From: Amoebidium appalachense
Taxonomy: Eukaryota > Protista > Ichthyosporea
DNA: 64,000 bases
Direction: 5' to 3'
NCBI GenBank assembly: GCA_963693365.1
Contig: CAVNZM010000011.1
Location: forward strand, 6,405,921 to 6,469,920
Under the pieces are notes generated by a model. That model was not told the origin of the DNA. It did no database searches and was given only the letters and a program-made list of their open reading frames with translations. Both the position numbers and the translations under genes were made by a program. This document shows positions 25,335 through 45,459 of this stretch, piece after piece; position 1 is the first letter of the stretch; the number at the start of each line of letters is the position of its first letter.

Positions 25335-26045
25335 TGAACCTTTTTATTTAAGGTCTTATTCAGTACCGCTGTCTAGTGGTGGGTACCAGCCCCATGGGAC
25401 CTATATACCTACGTTCCAGACTGAGCCCGTCAGACAGACATGGCAGAACGATCGGACTATACTTTGTACAAACGATAACGGGGGGGGTGGTTTTAGCTAA
25501 CTATAATTTAGCTATGGGGGGGGGGTCCGGGTCCGAAATTTCACGTGTCTGCTGACGGGGGTCTAACGTGGTGTGGTGGTGCTGTGGGGTTGAGAGCGGT
25601 GGGGTGTATGTGGTATCCCATGTCGTGTAGGGCGGTGGTGGCTGCTGTGTATCTGTAGGTGTGGCTGGGGCCAGTTGCACTCTGTTTTGCGATGGGTGTA
25701 TCTGCAGCTAGGGCAGGCCGGTAGGGTATGGGTGGGGGAGGTTTTGGCTCTAGGTGTTTTGCGTGGCTGTTTCCTACGGGTGGTTGGTTTGTTTTTGTGG
25801 GCTGTGTGTTTGTGCTTGGTTGTTGGGTCGGGGTGTAATGTCCTACATCTAGGTTTCCAAATATACTCAAAGGAAAATTCGGGTACACACTGGGTCAGGT
25901 TAGCCACTAGGGTGTCTCGGGCTCGGGGGTGCTTGTCGAGGGCTGGGGGTAGAGTGATGTCCCTGGGGCATAGCCCCCTGCTTATCCAGTCTTGGGTTGG
26001 GGGGGGGGGTGCTGCTGGGAAACACCACACGTAGATTTTGGGAGG
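25335..26045 (-). mobile_element. Possible 5'-truncated non-LTR retrotransposon 3' fragment
   Basis: Minus ORF 25563-26030 contains WISRGLCP...FEYIWKPRC, resembling the GxxP..IWxxRC C-terminal motif after the zinc finger of L1-like ORF2 proteins. An AATAAA lies on the minus strand near 25345. Confidence 0.4.
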
Positions 26046-26132
26046 TTCTCAATTGGCGGGCTGCCGATGATCAATAAATCTTACTGGATCGCCATTTAGT
26101 GTGTGTGTGTGTGTGTGCGTGTGTTGTGTCAC

Positions 26133-26166
<34 letters not shown>

Positions 26167-26300
26167 GTGTGACGGTGACGCGCGCGCGCGCACGGGTGTG
26201 TGTGTGTGTGCGTGCGTGCGCGCGCGTGCCGTATGAGTACCATGTATGTGCATGTGCATTTTACGGTATGTGTGATTAAGCCTGGTGTGTGTGTGTGTGT

Positions 26301-26349
<49 letters not shown>

Positions 26350-26700
26350 CCTCGGTAGTGACAGTGTGTGTAAGTGTGTGTGTGCGTGCGTTTGTATGTG
26401 CGTGTGTGAGGTTTGTGTGTATCTGGGTTTTACCTGCGCACACGTGTTGCGTGTGAGTGTATGTGTGTACATATCAATCTCTCTCTCTCTCCCTTCTCCA
26501 TCTCTCTGTTTCTCTCCGGCCCTCCCTCTCTCTCACTCTCCGAGTCAGGGCTCTCTCTCTTTGTGTGTGAGTGTATGCCACGCGTGCCTGTGCGTATGCA
26601 CCTGTGTGCGTGTGTGTGTGCGTGTGTGTATGTGTGTGTGTGTTGTGCTTGTGTGTGTGCGCGCACGCGTGTGTGCGCATGTGTGCGCGCACCACGCTCG

Positions 26701-26748
<48 letters not shown>

Positions 26749-27482
26749 TCTATACTGGTGTATTCAACGGTTCGCGAGTTGCACCGTGTGTGCGCAAACA
26801 ACCGTTCTTGTGCATTCTCCTTCACTTCACTCTGTGATGATAAAATGGTTATCAGTGATGGTACATAAATCTGAGGTCTTTTTAATTACTTGCGCATATT
26901 TTAATTTACTAGCTAGGCTTTTCAAATTAATAAAGGTTTGATATTTAAGCGAGTTGAAGGTTGAATAAATCGTTATCAAAATCCTCCTGGTCTTTCGCCC
27001 CTAACCACGTATATAAATATATGCAAGTGCGGGTGACCCCTCCTGGGCTGCGACCTCTCAATCCTCCCCCCTCCCCCCCCCCCCCTCCCCCTCCCCCTGT
27101 GTCCCCCCTCTCCTCCCTCCCCCTCCCTCCCTCCCCTCACCCCCTTTCTCGCCAATTAAGTTCTTACTTTCCGTCCATTGTTTAGGTCATCAGATTGGCG
27201 CAAAACTATTGTGCCTACGTGCATGTGTCACGAGTCACATTGGTCTTACGAGTCACTATAAGCCACAACCATTTTTAGCTCAGAAGTTCATAGTTCCTGT
27301 CTAAGAAAGGGAAGTTTGAGTGACGTTCCGGTGACAGGGTGACAGTGTGACTCCGATAGATCATGTGTGTACGTTTTTTGGGGGGCTGCCACTGTATACG
27401 TGTGTGTGTGTGTGTGTCAGCATATCCGTATGTGCATGTGTGTGTGCATGCCCTGCACATGTTTTGTGTATGTTTGCGTGGT

Positions 27483-27544
<62 letters not shown>

Positions 27545-27853
27545 CGCACCTGAAACTGGCCGGATGATCATGACGGTGGTGTAGTGGTAGTGCAAGTGTT
27601 TTTCAAAACAACGGTTTATGTTGAATAATCGGCCGTCATAGTATCACAAGCGCTGTCCAAGTATATACATTTGCGCCGTAGCGGAAATGCAGGGTGGGGG
27701 CAGGAGGGAGGGAAGGAGGGGGGGGGGGGGGGAAGGCGGGGGAGGGGGGGGGGGGGGGAGCGTTGCAGGTGGAAAGAAGTTTGTTAGAGCGAGTGAGCTG
27801 CACATAACCGCCCTAGAAAAAGATTGGAGATACGACAGGCAGGAGAGAGAGCG

Positions 27854-27886
<33 letters not shown>

Positions 27887-28442
27887 AGGCAGAGAGAGAG
27901 AGAGAGTGTGTGTGTGTGTGTGCGCGCGTGCGTGCCGTACCCATCTTTGTGCACTTGTGCTTCGCCCATTCAGATACGTAGTGTGCGGAAAGGGCCTCCC
28001 TTGCGTTCGAGAGAGGTGGAGGAGAGAGGGGGGAAGGGGGAGAGGAGTGTGACATTTAACATGACAGCAAAATAGAGCATTTGCGGGAGAGGTGGGGATG
28101 GGGGTGAGGGGAGGCTAATATCTTTTTTATTTTATTTTTAATTTATCATATTAAAAACACAGTTTTATTCCCGGAGGAAAAAGGGGGCCCTCATAGAAAC
28201 TACGGTCTTCCACACATTATTGGCTGTACCCTAATTAGGTTGCAATTGCAAAAGGTGACCAATAGCTAGTGTAAGTGTAATATGGCAGGCTGTATGTAAA
28301 GATTCTAATACGACGGATGTGTTTCATGACTGCCAACATGGTCATGTGTGATTTCCACTTCCAGCATACTGAGCAATTTCAGTTATTGGTGTGTTTTCGT
28401 GGATGGGTCCGTGTAAGGCTCCCGTGTTGTGGGGGGAAGTGT

Positions 28443-28473
<31 letters not shown>

Positions 28474-28537
28474 GGGGGGGGTTAACGTTGGATACTGTAC
28501 CTTCCCGGATGTGTGGTGGTCCTCCCCTCCCCTCCCC

Positions 28538-28568
<31 letters not shown>

Positions 28569-28590
28569 AAAAGTAGCCGGGGAACGCTGG

Positions 28591-28636
<46 letters not shown>

Positions 28637-29547
28637 CGTTCACACACAAAATGACTACTCACCCCTTCCTTCACTGATCCGGACAATATGATGTTTAGTA
28701 TGTTTCTAGCAATATCTTCTTCTCTAGCTAATATAGCAGCCTACATACGACGAAACATGACACTACATCAACTCGATCGATATATCAGGCAGCTCTGCAG
28801 ATCCCCCCCCTTCCTCCTCCCTTTCCCCCCCTTTCAACTTGGAAAAAGCTGTAGCAACATATACAATCACGTTACATTTTAAATCATATTAGTGTCAGTC
28901 ACCTCCTGTAACAGTACTGACACAAACCATCTTCAACAGTGCTCCGTAACATACTTTGGCCTATATCGCCACAACTTTTTCCGCATGCGCCTTTGCAGGA
29001 ACGAAGTCTCCGACTTTTCATTCAAAGGGACCAGACAATAGGACATTCGTTAGTCCCATTAGCTCTGTCGGTAATCATACCCTATGAAACAAGTTCATTC
29101 CTTTCTCCCACTGCGACCTGCCCCCTGTAAACGGGCTTCTCATCTTCCCCCCCCCCCCCCCCCCCCTAGCCCCGCCTCTCCCCTCCCCCCCCCCAAAAAA
29201 CACACACACACACACACACACACACAAGTCCAACTAATCAGCAAACAAGTGCACATACAAGCAATTGGCTGGGGCTGGGGGGAGAAGGGGGGCTCGACAG
29301 ACACATCCACACACCCCTGCTCTAGAACACACATATGGTGTACACACAACACAGGCACACATTGTACACACGCACAGGCACACATTTCCAGGCAAAAGCA
29401 GCACACGCACGTGCACGTACACATGGCACACACACACACACACATACACACACACAAACAAACACACACACGCGCACACACACACACAAACACACGCACA
29501 CGCACACACATGCACACACACACACACGTGAACCCACACGCACACAC

Positions 29548-29591
<44 letters not shown>

Positions 29592-30989
29592 ACGCAAACA
29601 CGCGCGCGCACGCGCGCGCACGCACGCACACAAACACACACCAAATTGTCATGCCGCATTTCATTCTGGCACTGGCCACCAAGCATAACGAATCTATTTG
29701 ACCTCTGGCCGAGAATCCATCACGACTGCCACACATAGTTAGTGGGTGCGACGCTACATGGACAGTACGATGCATTATTAGACCTAATTGCCCCCCAAAA
29801 AAGAAAGCAAGAGAAGAAAAGGAAAGAGGAAAAAAGATCTTTGTTCAAATAAAGTATATTATTTTACTTCGTTATCTAGGCCGAGATGTTATATTGTGTC
29901 TCACCATCAAGGCCCCGCCTCACGATCTAACAGCTTGAACCCAGGTTTCCAATTGTTGCGTAAAAGATTTACTGTTGAAAAAAAAATGCACATCTTAACA
30001 TGCATGTCGACTATAACCGCACCTGTGTATGTGGCCCGCTATATACACCGTGCGACTTCATGCATGCATACATATGTAAACCTGCGGTACACATGTAAAC
30101 CCCCCATGTACATTACAGTTTAGCCTACAGTAACGTTCGAACATTTGAAAGTTGGGCGGAGAAGCCTTATTTGGTGAAATGATTTGGTCGTTCTGGCATT
30201 TCGATTGGTGTTTAGGATTTAGGCTTTTGTATTTTGATTGGGATAACAGTTGTCATCGATATTCTGTAATGCGGCACAATACACCCATGATATTCAGCTT
30301 TTCAGTGTTCAGCGTCATGGCGCACCGCCAGGAGTTCTAGAAGGACCCCACATGCTCATTCCGCAACAACTACATAAGGCTTGTAAATGTTTAGAAGAAA
30401 TGATGCTAGAGATTTGTGGAATGTAACTATATATCATTATAAATCTAGTTGAGCATTTATATTACTGGTTCTGTAGAGATATTTCTCTGCCACATAGAAA
30501 TGCGTGGGAGCATATGCACCTTCACTTAGTTGGCCGTTTGACCAATTACAGTTCGCAAATATCTTTGTGGCGATCAAAGTTTCACCGTTTAGATCCCCTG
30601 CTCATTTGGATTGGCTTCCTGACTTCACATGCTGTGTGCAAGATGCGCCGAATAGCGGCAACTGCCTGATGTATGTATATGTTTTAAAATCTGTATCAAT
30701 CCCTATGTTTGAAAGTTTAATAACTTTAAAATGCATTTTCACGAGTGAATCCAAATTTGTTGTCACATATGTCTATGTTCACAACGACTCGTGCTCTCGT
30801 AAATTCGGAACGTGGACCGCTCACCGCTGTGTGAGCGCTGAGCGGACAGAAAACTACAAAAGCTGGCGCTTTCCCACGTTTGCGCTTACAACGCTGGGCT
30901 TATTTCCACCACCATTTTCGTTTTATTTGGGGCTTTGTTAGTCTAGTTTTTCCTCGGTTCCTGGACTAATAGTCCCACACACTACGAAG

Positions 30990-31800
30990 ATGTGTAAGCA
31001 AACAGGGAAGGGTACGTTCACGTGGCAGCAGCTTGCCGAGCACAATGTCCCCGGCGACATGTTCCTGGCCATCCGTGGCAAGGTATAGTGGAAGTTTAGG
31101 TTTAGGTGTGATAGTTTTAGAGTAGTGCTATTTGCCAGAAGAACTAGTACTTTGGATTCCCATCGCTACCAGCGCTACCTTGGGAGGAAAACGGGTTGAC
31201 GATTGTGCTTGCACACACCTTGGCTATGCAGACAGATCTCGTGATTCTCCCCTTGTAAAAGCCGACTCGGATCGCGAACGTGACCGCATGTTGCTACCCA
31301 GCGAGATGCTTGGTGTTCCCTTGTAATACACCTCCAAACCATTTGGCCTGAAATCCTAATACTGTATTGCTCCGGTCGCCCCTTCTTGGTTCTTTCTCCT
31401 TAGGCAGACCTTCTGTTGATCTGCTCCCCCTTCAGTAGATCCCACCCCTGAACATGGGAATAAAAAAGCAGGTCTTACGTATGTCTCAATACTTGCATGT
31501 TTTTTTCTCAGGTCTACGATGTGACCGAGTTTTCCAAGCGCCATCCCGGCGGCTTTGACGTTCTCCAGGTCGCTGCTGGGCGTGATGCCACCCAGGTGAG
31601 AGTCTAATGAGGGTGTATGCTAGTTGTTGGGGTTGGCTTTGATTTTGCTTCCGATGCACGAATGTTCTTGTAGGTGGGAGCAAAAGGAGCTGTGAACCAT
31701 TGTGGTTTTATAGAACAGGGGTGTCCCTGGTGGCGCTAGACTTCCAAGCACACAGACGTACACACAGATGCTGCCGGATGCACACGTGCACGTGCGCGCG

Positions 31801-31844
<44 letters not shown>

Positions 31845-32762
31845 CACTACAACACTATTGCCTTTGCGCACGTCCACACAGCCACACTTAGCCCTTGTCA
31901 CTCTACCCCTTGGGGAGTCTGGTGACCCCTAGCTTTGGTGCCTTTACTGTTGTGACCTCTTACACGTGGTTTCATGGTCATTTTTTCTCCTAGGTTTTCG
32001 AGACCTACCACCCGTTCGAGACCAAGAAGAATCTCGAAAAGTTCGAGATTGGTACTCTGATCTCCGACGAGCTCCCTACCTTCCCCGAGCCCAGCCCCTT
32101 CTTCTTCACCGTGAAGAAGGTTGATCCCTTGCCCTCTTACCCCCCCACACCCACCCTTTGAGGATGAGATCTGCTTTATTTGCATACTGCGCTCGTTGAT
32201 GTTGTTTGCTGCTGCTGCTGATGTTTGCTTTTGCCCGTGTCCTGCACAGTGTTTCTCATCGTGTTCTTGTACTTGGCACAGTGTTCCGCATTCTACCCCC
32301 TCCCCCCCAGGCAAAAAAAAGGGAAAAAAGAACGAAGGAGGGGGAGGGGAGTGAGAGAAGAATGAGTATGCCCTGATCCCTCTTGTGTTTGCACTATGCA
32401 TCGGGTTCTGTTGTGTTTAACTTCGGTTTATGCATTTCATCTTCGTTTGACATCCCCCCCCCCCCCCCCCCCCGCCCTCCCCCTGTTCTATCCTCTTCCC
32501 CCTGTATTCTGCGCTTCAAGCCTTCGTAACCCCCCCCCCCCCCCCCCCCCCCCCAAACACACACAAAACAAAAGCTAGCATACACATGATATCGTGAATA
32601 GGTGTGCACTCGGCGGTGTGGATTACATGTGTGAAGGTGCGCACATCGGTGCAGATCCGCTGCGTGCCTACTCACAGCAACGAAGCTAGGTTTTTTTCAC
32701 GTCAAACACTTGCACAACTCCCACACTGACACACACATGTACACACATTTACATGCACAACA

Positions 32763-32799
<37 letters not shown>

Positions 32800-33516
32800 G
32801 CACACACACACAGAGGCACACAGGCGCACAACTTGTGCAAATGCGCGCTTGCACACATCCCGTGATAATCCCTCCCCCCTCCCACACCCCGTCCCCTCGT
32901 CCCGCCCTCTTCTCTCACTATGCAAAACAAAAAGGATCAAAAAAACTAACACCATGTTACATCCATTTTATCCACAAACCCCAGCGCGTGGAGGACTATT
33001 TCAAGGAGACCAACCAGAACCCCAAGAACAACCCGTGGTTGTGGCTCCGCTACGCCTGCATCTTCGGCACCATCTTCAGCTCTTTCGCAATTGCGATCTC
33101 AATCGACAACATTTTCCTGCAGCTGGCCCTCATGGTGCCCATGGGCTGGGCCTGCGCCCTGATCGGACTCCACCCGATGCACGATTCCTCCCACATGTCG
33201 ATCACCGGAAACCCGATCGTGTGGCGAATTTTGGGCGCCTCCCACGATTTCATCAACGGCGCGTCCTATCTCGTGTGGCTGTACCAGCATATGCTTGGCC
33301 ACCACCCCTACACGAACATTGATGGCGCTGATCCGGATATCGTCACGGGTATGTGCTATCTCTCTCTCTCTCTCTCTCTCTCTTCCTCTCCCCCCCCCCC
33401 CCCCCCCCTCCCCCCCCCCCCCCCACACACACACCCCTGTCTGTCACACAAACTCAAACACACATACACAGGCCCTCTCTCTCTTTCTATCTCCCTATCC
33501 CCCCTCCCTCCCCCCC

Positions 33517-33547
<31 letters not shown>

Positions 33548-35071
33548 AGACACACTTCCCTTTCCCTCTTCCTCCTCTCTCCTCTCTACCCCTGCCTCCT
33601 CCCTCCCTTCCCCCCTCTCCCCCCATCCCTCTTTTCTTTCTCTCTCTCTCTCTCTCTCTCCCCCCCCCCCCCCCCCCCCCCTCCCCCCCCCCCTCCCAAG
33701 GTGTCATTTGTCTGCACGCAGGGTTAATTTTTCGGTGGCAGTCATTATGTTTCCCACCACCAAATACATACCTTAATACCTCGTTCCGCGCTGTGTGCCC
33801 ACACGAGGGCTTTGATGCGTACCTAAAAATACACATGTTTGGGTGCGTGCCCGCATACATACACACACACACTTGCACTCACACAAAGTTACACTCATTT
33901 GCTTGCATCTCGCTTGCTTTAGCTGCCGCGTCGAAATTCATTTACCCAGATTCCAGAGCAAGCACACGTGCACTCTCACACAAACACACCCAGGGAGGGA
34001 GGAGAGTGTGTGTGATGGGGGGGGAAGGGGGAGGGGGGGGGGAGAGCGAAATGAGGGGAGGGGGGGAGGCGCGGGAGAGAGAGAGAGAGAGAGAGATAGA
34101 GTGAGTCCTCTTACAATAGACACTCCTGCGTGCACCCATGCACATGTGCTGCATTATGGATATTGCATCACCCACCACTATGTTTACCTCTGAAAATACA
34201 TGTGCCGCATTTGGTGTGCGCGCATACACACACACGTGCGTTCGTGCACGTAGCAGAACCTGCAAGGACTGTGTAACAACTAACCCTGACCCTCTTGCCC
34301 TAAACTTTGTCCATTACTAACACATAAATACCTTGAATAGATCTACCAAAAGACGATGATATACCCCTAGCAAATCTACCAAAAACATGTATCCATCGAG
34401 TTGAACTGGTGCCTTTTTGATCAAGTATATATTGCAGCCGCTTGTACAGCAAACACATAGATATATTGCGCCCGGTTTGTACGGATAGGATCCCCACCAT
34501 GCTGAATTGTTTCCGTTTTATGCAGCTGAGAAGGACGTCCGTCGTATCAAAAAGAGCCAGCCCTGGTATTCCTTCTACGTTAACCAGGTGTGCACAATGG
34601 ACAACCCTCAAAATATTTTATTTTGTTTCTTATTTATTGGGTTTTCTTTTTTCTTTCTTTCTTTCTGACTTCATTTTTTTAAGGGGGTAGGGGGAAGGCT
34701 CAAGCAGTTTCATTGTTACAGAGACTTAGAGGAAGAGGAAAGGTTGTGTTTTGCAGTAGTGTATCGGTGGGCAGTTTGGGGGGGGGGGGGGTTATCAGGT
34801 ATATTGGAGGAACCACACCAAGGGTTTGGGGTGAGAAATTCAAGTGGTTCAACGGAAACGGAGTGTGTGTATGAGGCGGTGGTGGTGGTGCGGGTGGGTG
34901 TGGGTGGGTGTTCTGGGGCAGGGCTGGGGGGAGGGGGGGGGGGGGGAGGGGATTACAACCTTGTACATGTGGACGCGGGAGGCGGGATAAAGGAGAGGAG
35001 CTAAACCCAACATGTGTAAGGGGAGGTTTTGTGTCAGTTTGCCGTCCGGGCGTCCGTCACGGTGTCCCCCG

Positions 35072-35103
<32 letters not shown>

Positions 35104-35472
35104 TGTGGCAGAGTGCACAGGGAGAGAGTTGAGTGACATTGGTGTGTGTGTGTGTGTGCGCGCGCGTGGGCGCTGGGGGTGGGGAGGAGGGGGGGGGGGG
35201 GGGGGGGGGGGGCATACATCGGCTGGGGTCCATATGTATGCTTGCTTGACCCCAATGAGTTCCACAGGCCCACATGATGTGAGCATGGTGACGAGAATGA
35301 TCAAACACTGACGCATTGTTACGCCCCCTCCGCCCCCTCTTTCCTTCCCTTCTCCTTGAATATATTCACATGCACACGCATGCGCGGTGGTACACACCAC
35401 AAGACACACACACACACACACACACCTTTCCCTCCTTCTCCTCAAATCTACATGCACACACACACACATGGG

Positions 35473-35507
<35 letters not shown>

Positions 35508-35593
35508 CACATCTACGTGCCCATTCTGTATGCAGCTCTGGGCCTTAAGACCCGCCTTCAGGACATCACCATTCTGTACGTTCCGTGCATGTC

Positions 35594-35627
<34 letters not shown>

Positions 35628-36720
35628 AATTGGAAAAGCACAAACGATAGGAGATGGATGGACGGCTGTGTGTATGTGCTTGCTTGGTGGGGTGTGGTTG
35701 GCGGCTCTTTTACCGTATGTGTGTTTGTGCTGTGTGTGTGTGTGTACGTGCACGCGAACCCGCCCGAAGTTGTAGCCTATGCACGAATATCAGCGTTGTG
35801 AAGAACGGTCCTTGTTTGTACCATTTGCTGGATAAGACGGGAAAAAAGAATCGAAGCCTAAAAGCGATCCCAACAGAACCATTTCCCACGAAAAAGAAAC
35901 ACTTAGGCATGTACATACCACGACTTCACTGGTGTATCTTGCAGCTTTCCCGACAAAACTATCTCCCATGAAAAGACACATTTTTGCGTGTACCATGCTA
36001 CACCACATTTTGTTATTATTACGAAAATTCAAATTTCTCACGTGTATATCCCTCAGCTATCTGGTCAAGAAGAATGGTGAGATCCGGGTCAACCCAATCA
36101 CCACGGACCATGCTCTCATCTTCTGGGGTGGCAAGCTCACCTTCTTGCTCTACCGCTTCTTCCTTCCCGTATGTTTTTGACCCCCCCTTCCCCCCTCCCC
36201 AATACACACACACACGTGTGCGCGCATACACGCACACATCGATATACACAGAGTTGCACACGCGCATACACGCACACATTGATATACACAGAGTTGCACA
36301 CAGAGACAAACTTGCCCTGGACTTTCATTGGTTTTCCCTTTTTTGTGTGTGTGGTTTTGAGCCCCCCCCCCCCCCCCCCCCCCCCCCCCGGGCTCCCCTA
36401 CCTGCCCTTTACACCATCCCGCAACGGAGGAAGCTAAGGCCCCTTTCCTCCTCTCCCTCTCTTCCACACACACGTAGCCTAGTGCATAGGAAAAAAATAA
36501 AACCGATACTAGTATAGACACTAAAACCTCCTATTCCCGCAGTACTACCTTGGTGTGCCCGTGTGGAAGATCTTGGCCATGTTTGCCGTCAGCGATGCCG
36601 TTACCAGCTACTGGCTGGCCCTGACCTTCCAGGCAAACCACGTGGTCGAGGGCGTCGAGTGGCCCATGCCCGATGAGAAGGTGTGTTGAAGTGTGTGTGG
36701 GTTGGATGGGGGGGGGGGGG

Positions 36721-36761
<41 letters not shown>

Positions 36762-36967
36762 CACACGGGGGGAGGGAGGGGGAGTGAGTTATTTTTATGG
36801 ATGTAGTTTTCAGTTTTATTTTTGGTTTGGGAAGGAAGGGGGGGGAGGGGGGCCGGGGGGTTCGTGGCGGGGTGTGTGTGGCTGTTGATTGGTCTATTGG
36901 TTGTCATCATTTTGGGTAAAGGAATAGGCTGCTTTATAAGTTTGCATGAATGAAGGCCCACTCCCAT

Positions 36968-37007
<40 letters not shown>

Positions 37008-37184
37008 GGCACATGTTGACGTGCCATTGTTGTGTGCGTCGGGTAGAGAAAGAGAGAGAGAAAAGGGGGTGGGGGGAAGGGGGGGAAATAAACTGGCTTC
37101 GTATAGATCAAATGCATTGGGCGAGTGAAATCGTATGTTTTTTGTTTTATTTATTTATTTTTCTTTCCTTTTTATTGTTTCTTT

Positions 37185-37234
<50 letters not shown>

Positions 37235-37446
37235 GTGGTGGTGGTGGTGGGGGGGGGGAGGGGGGGGTTTTGAATGCGTCAAAAAGTACGAAGTACACAA
37301 GAACAAACGGGAGGGGGGGGGGGGGGGGAGGGGGGGGGGGGGGGGGGGGGGGGGTGGAGGCGGGCAGGCGGCGGGGGACAGGGGCAGCGGGCGGCAGGAC
37401 GGGGGGCACACGTACACACCATTATGATGTGCACAGGCCACATGCC

Positions 37447-37492
<46 letters not shown>

Positions 37493-38274
37493 CAGCAAAG
37501 CATAAACCACCAGAAAACTAACCCAGCCAAACACACACGCACAGGGCCGCATCAACATGGACTGGGCCGCGCACCAGGTGGTGACCACTCAGGACTATGC
37601 GCACAACTCTTGGTTCTGGAACTTCTTCTCCGGCGCCCTCAACCATCAGTGCACACACCACCTGTTCCCTTGGGCACACCAGTACTACTACCCCCAGATC
37701 AGCCCCATCGTTGCAAAGACGGCTAAGGAGTTTGGCGTTCCTTACTTCTACAAGGTGTGTGTGTGTGTGTGTGCGTGCGTTTTGTGTTTGTGTGTGTTTG
37801 CTTTGTGTGTGTTTGCTCTCCGTCTGCCCCTCCCTCTCCTCTCCGTGTTTTCTGCCGTTGAAAAGTGTGCATGAACTCTGTAAAAAGCAGCAAAAATCAG
37901 TACCCCCCCCCCCCCCGGCGTGCAGCTCCTCTTACCCCCAACAAACAACCTCAACACACACATAAAGATACCCGTTTCCTTGCCCCCTTTCCCCCCCCCC
38001 CCCCCCCCCCCCCCCCTGCATGCCCTCCCCGTGGCCTCCTGGACCCTCACTCACTCTCTCCCAACATTCTGGCAAAGTAACACTTCATACTTCTTTCTTT
38101 TTCCCACTTCCCCCTCTTATTTCTGGCTGTAAGAAACCCACACGTCGACGTGGCAAATTCCTTACACTTTTATGGAATTTTCAGGAAACCTACGCCGAGG
38201 CCATTGGCTCGCACATTGGGCATCTGTACACCCTCGGCAACGAGTTCCGTGGGGATGCCAAGAAGGCCAACTAG
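30990..38274 (+). CDS. Cytochrome b5-fused front-end fatty acid desaturase, delta-5 type (448 aa)
   Basis: Exons 30990-31082, 31512-31595, 31994-32119, 32985-33348, 34526-34587, 35508-35575, 36057-36168, 36543-36680, 37545-37754, 38185-38274 (1347 nt, in frame, GT-AG). Has the heme motif HPGG and His boxes HDSSH, QHMLGHH and QCTHH. Collinear with the Mortierella/Dictyostelium-type delta-5 desaturase (HDFINGASYLVWLYQHMLGHHPYTNI, SYWLALTFQANHVV, QVVTTQDYAH). Confidence 0.96.
32157..32300 (+). mobile_element. 5'-truncated copy of dispersed intronic family
   Basis: TGAGGATGAGATCTGCTT..GCATACTG..GTGTCCTGCA..GTGTTCCGCATTCTACCCC aligns with 42130-42270. Confidence 0.7.
37268..37310 (-). mobile_element. 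3' fragment of dispersed intronic family in antisense orientation
   Basis: The reverse complement CCGTTTGTTCTTGTGTACTTCGTACTTTTTGACGCATTCAAA nearly matches 9952-9992. Confidence 0.7.
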
Positions 38275-39607
38275 ATTGCCCGATTTCGCATCTATTGCCT
38301 AATAGATTTTAGGCTGTCCCCTATTGTTGTTTTCTCATAATGTATTGACGTTTTCCTTGTTTTACATATTTTGCAATAGCATATAGTAAATCGCATGATT
38401 AAGACTAATAATGAAGTTGTGTCTCGGATTTTCCTTTCATATTTGCCCCCTCTCCGCTTGAATCATGATACCAAGAGTTTGTACAGCTGTTTTTATCGCT
38501 TTTCGTAGGATAATCGTGTGGATTTACCTCTTTGGGCTTCCGCTCAAGATATAAGTGCTGGTTCTGTAGGACATTCTACGCATCCGTAGCAGGCTGGGCG
38601 GATTTCTTTTGCCTTTCATCACATTGAATTTTATGCATACGGACATAAATTTACGCATAGGTATAGTGTGCAGCACGGGCCTGGGTATACTATGGCCTCC
38701 CCTTGGTGTTAAACTTTCCTAACAACCTAGAGGAATTCAATTTTCAAAGCGGATTTTCATAATGGCATGGTGTCTCGGTTGCCCGGTGAGTTTGAAAATG
38801 TGCTCGCGAAGACAGGATGGGCTTGTCGGTAACTACATAAAACTTGAGGTCCCCTACTACTAAGTACACATCGCCTAAAACCTGGTTTAAAGCTGACGAT
38901 GGTGTAGCTGTACATCATATTGCAGCAGCTACTTTTTCCGTTTCTATTGTATGGTTAAGAGTGAAAAATCATGAAGGTGATGCGCATACTCGTGTGGATG
39001 TAATATGCCATGCGTGTGCGTGTCATGATCAGGGCTGCAAGGATGTTATGACGCTGGTTTTTTTTCTTTTTTGTGTGTGTGTGTGTGTGTTGTTTCTCCG
39101 CAGTTCGGAATCCTGTGCGTGTATAACCCCCCGCCCTTTTTTCTCACAGATCATTTCCCTTTGAAATTTCCTTTCGCTTTTCTTTTAAAGTCTTATTTTC
39201 TCTCCTTTTCTTCAGCTTTCCTTTCTTCCTCTTGCGTTTATTCAAATTTTGCATGTCGCAGCCGGCTTTTTCAATGTTCTGATAGGGTTCAACGGTGTGT
39301 CACACACGTACTCTTGAATCGGATCGTCCTGTTTGAATGCGCGGCGCGAACTTAGTGACAGTGTGTGTGTGCGTGTCACGGTACGTGTGTACACGTGTGT
39401 GTGTGTCACGGCGCGCCCGGCGATATATTAATATATATATTTATATGTGTGCCGCAGTGTGTGTGTGTGTGCGTGCGTGTGTGTGTGTGTGTGTGACACT
39501 CTGTGTATGCCACGTGCAACACTGCGTGTACCATGGCATTCGTGCACGTGTGTGTGCGTTTGGGAGCTGATTGGCAATAAAAAAAAACGTTACCCCACGT
39601 GTAAAAG

Positions 39608-39619
39608 CGTGACGTCACG
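39608..39619. promoter_or_regulatory. Perfect palindromic CRE site upstream of the BRD8-like gene
   Basis: CGTGACGTCACG ~300 bp upstream of the ATG at 39916. Confidence 0.4.
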
Positions 39620-39915
39620 ACATTCCTGTCTGCAAATTTGGCGGGAGACCAAAATGCCTACGTCACCAAGCCAACATTTTGAGCTTCAGAACTTTTTTGA
39701 GAGAAACTTTGAGAAAAGCAAAAGCAAAGGGAAAACGAGTAGGATTATGTGCTTTGTAGCTGTTGCTAGTGTATGCTTTCATTTGTTTCGTTGTTTGGAG
39801 CTGAGCTAAAAAATCTAGGTTAGAGAGCACATCACACACATCATCACACACATCAACATGCTTTTCACAAACGAGTAATTCACACAACACCATCCGATGT
39901 TAGGTGTTCGGAAAA

Positions 39916-45354
<5,439 letters not shown>

Positions 45355-45391
45355 GTGCGCGCACGCGCGCGTGTATCATGATGTGTGCGTG

Positions 45392-45459
<68 letters not shown>

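Noticed and set aside
28688-29130. Penelope-like element remnant (FIQRDQTIGHSLV)
   Set aside because: Only a vague resemblance in short broken frames, with no RT or GIY-YIG motif.
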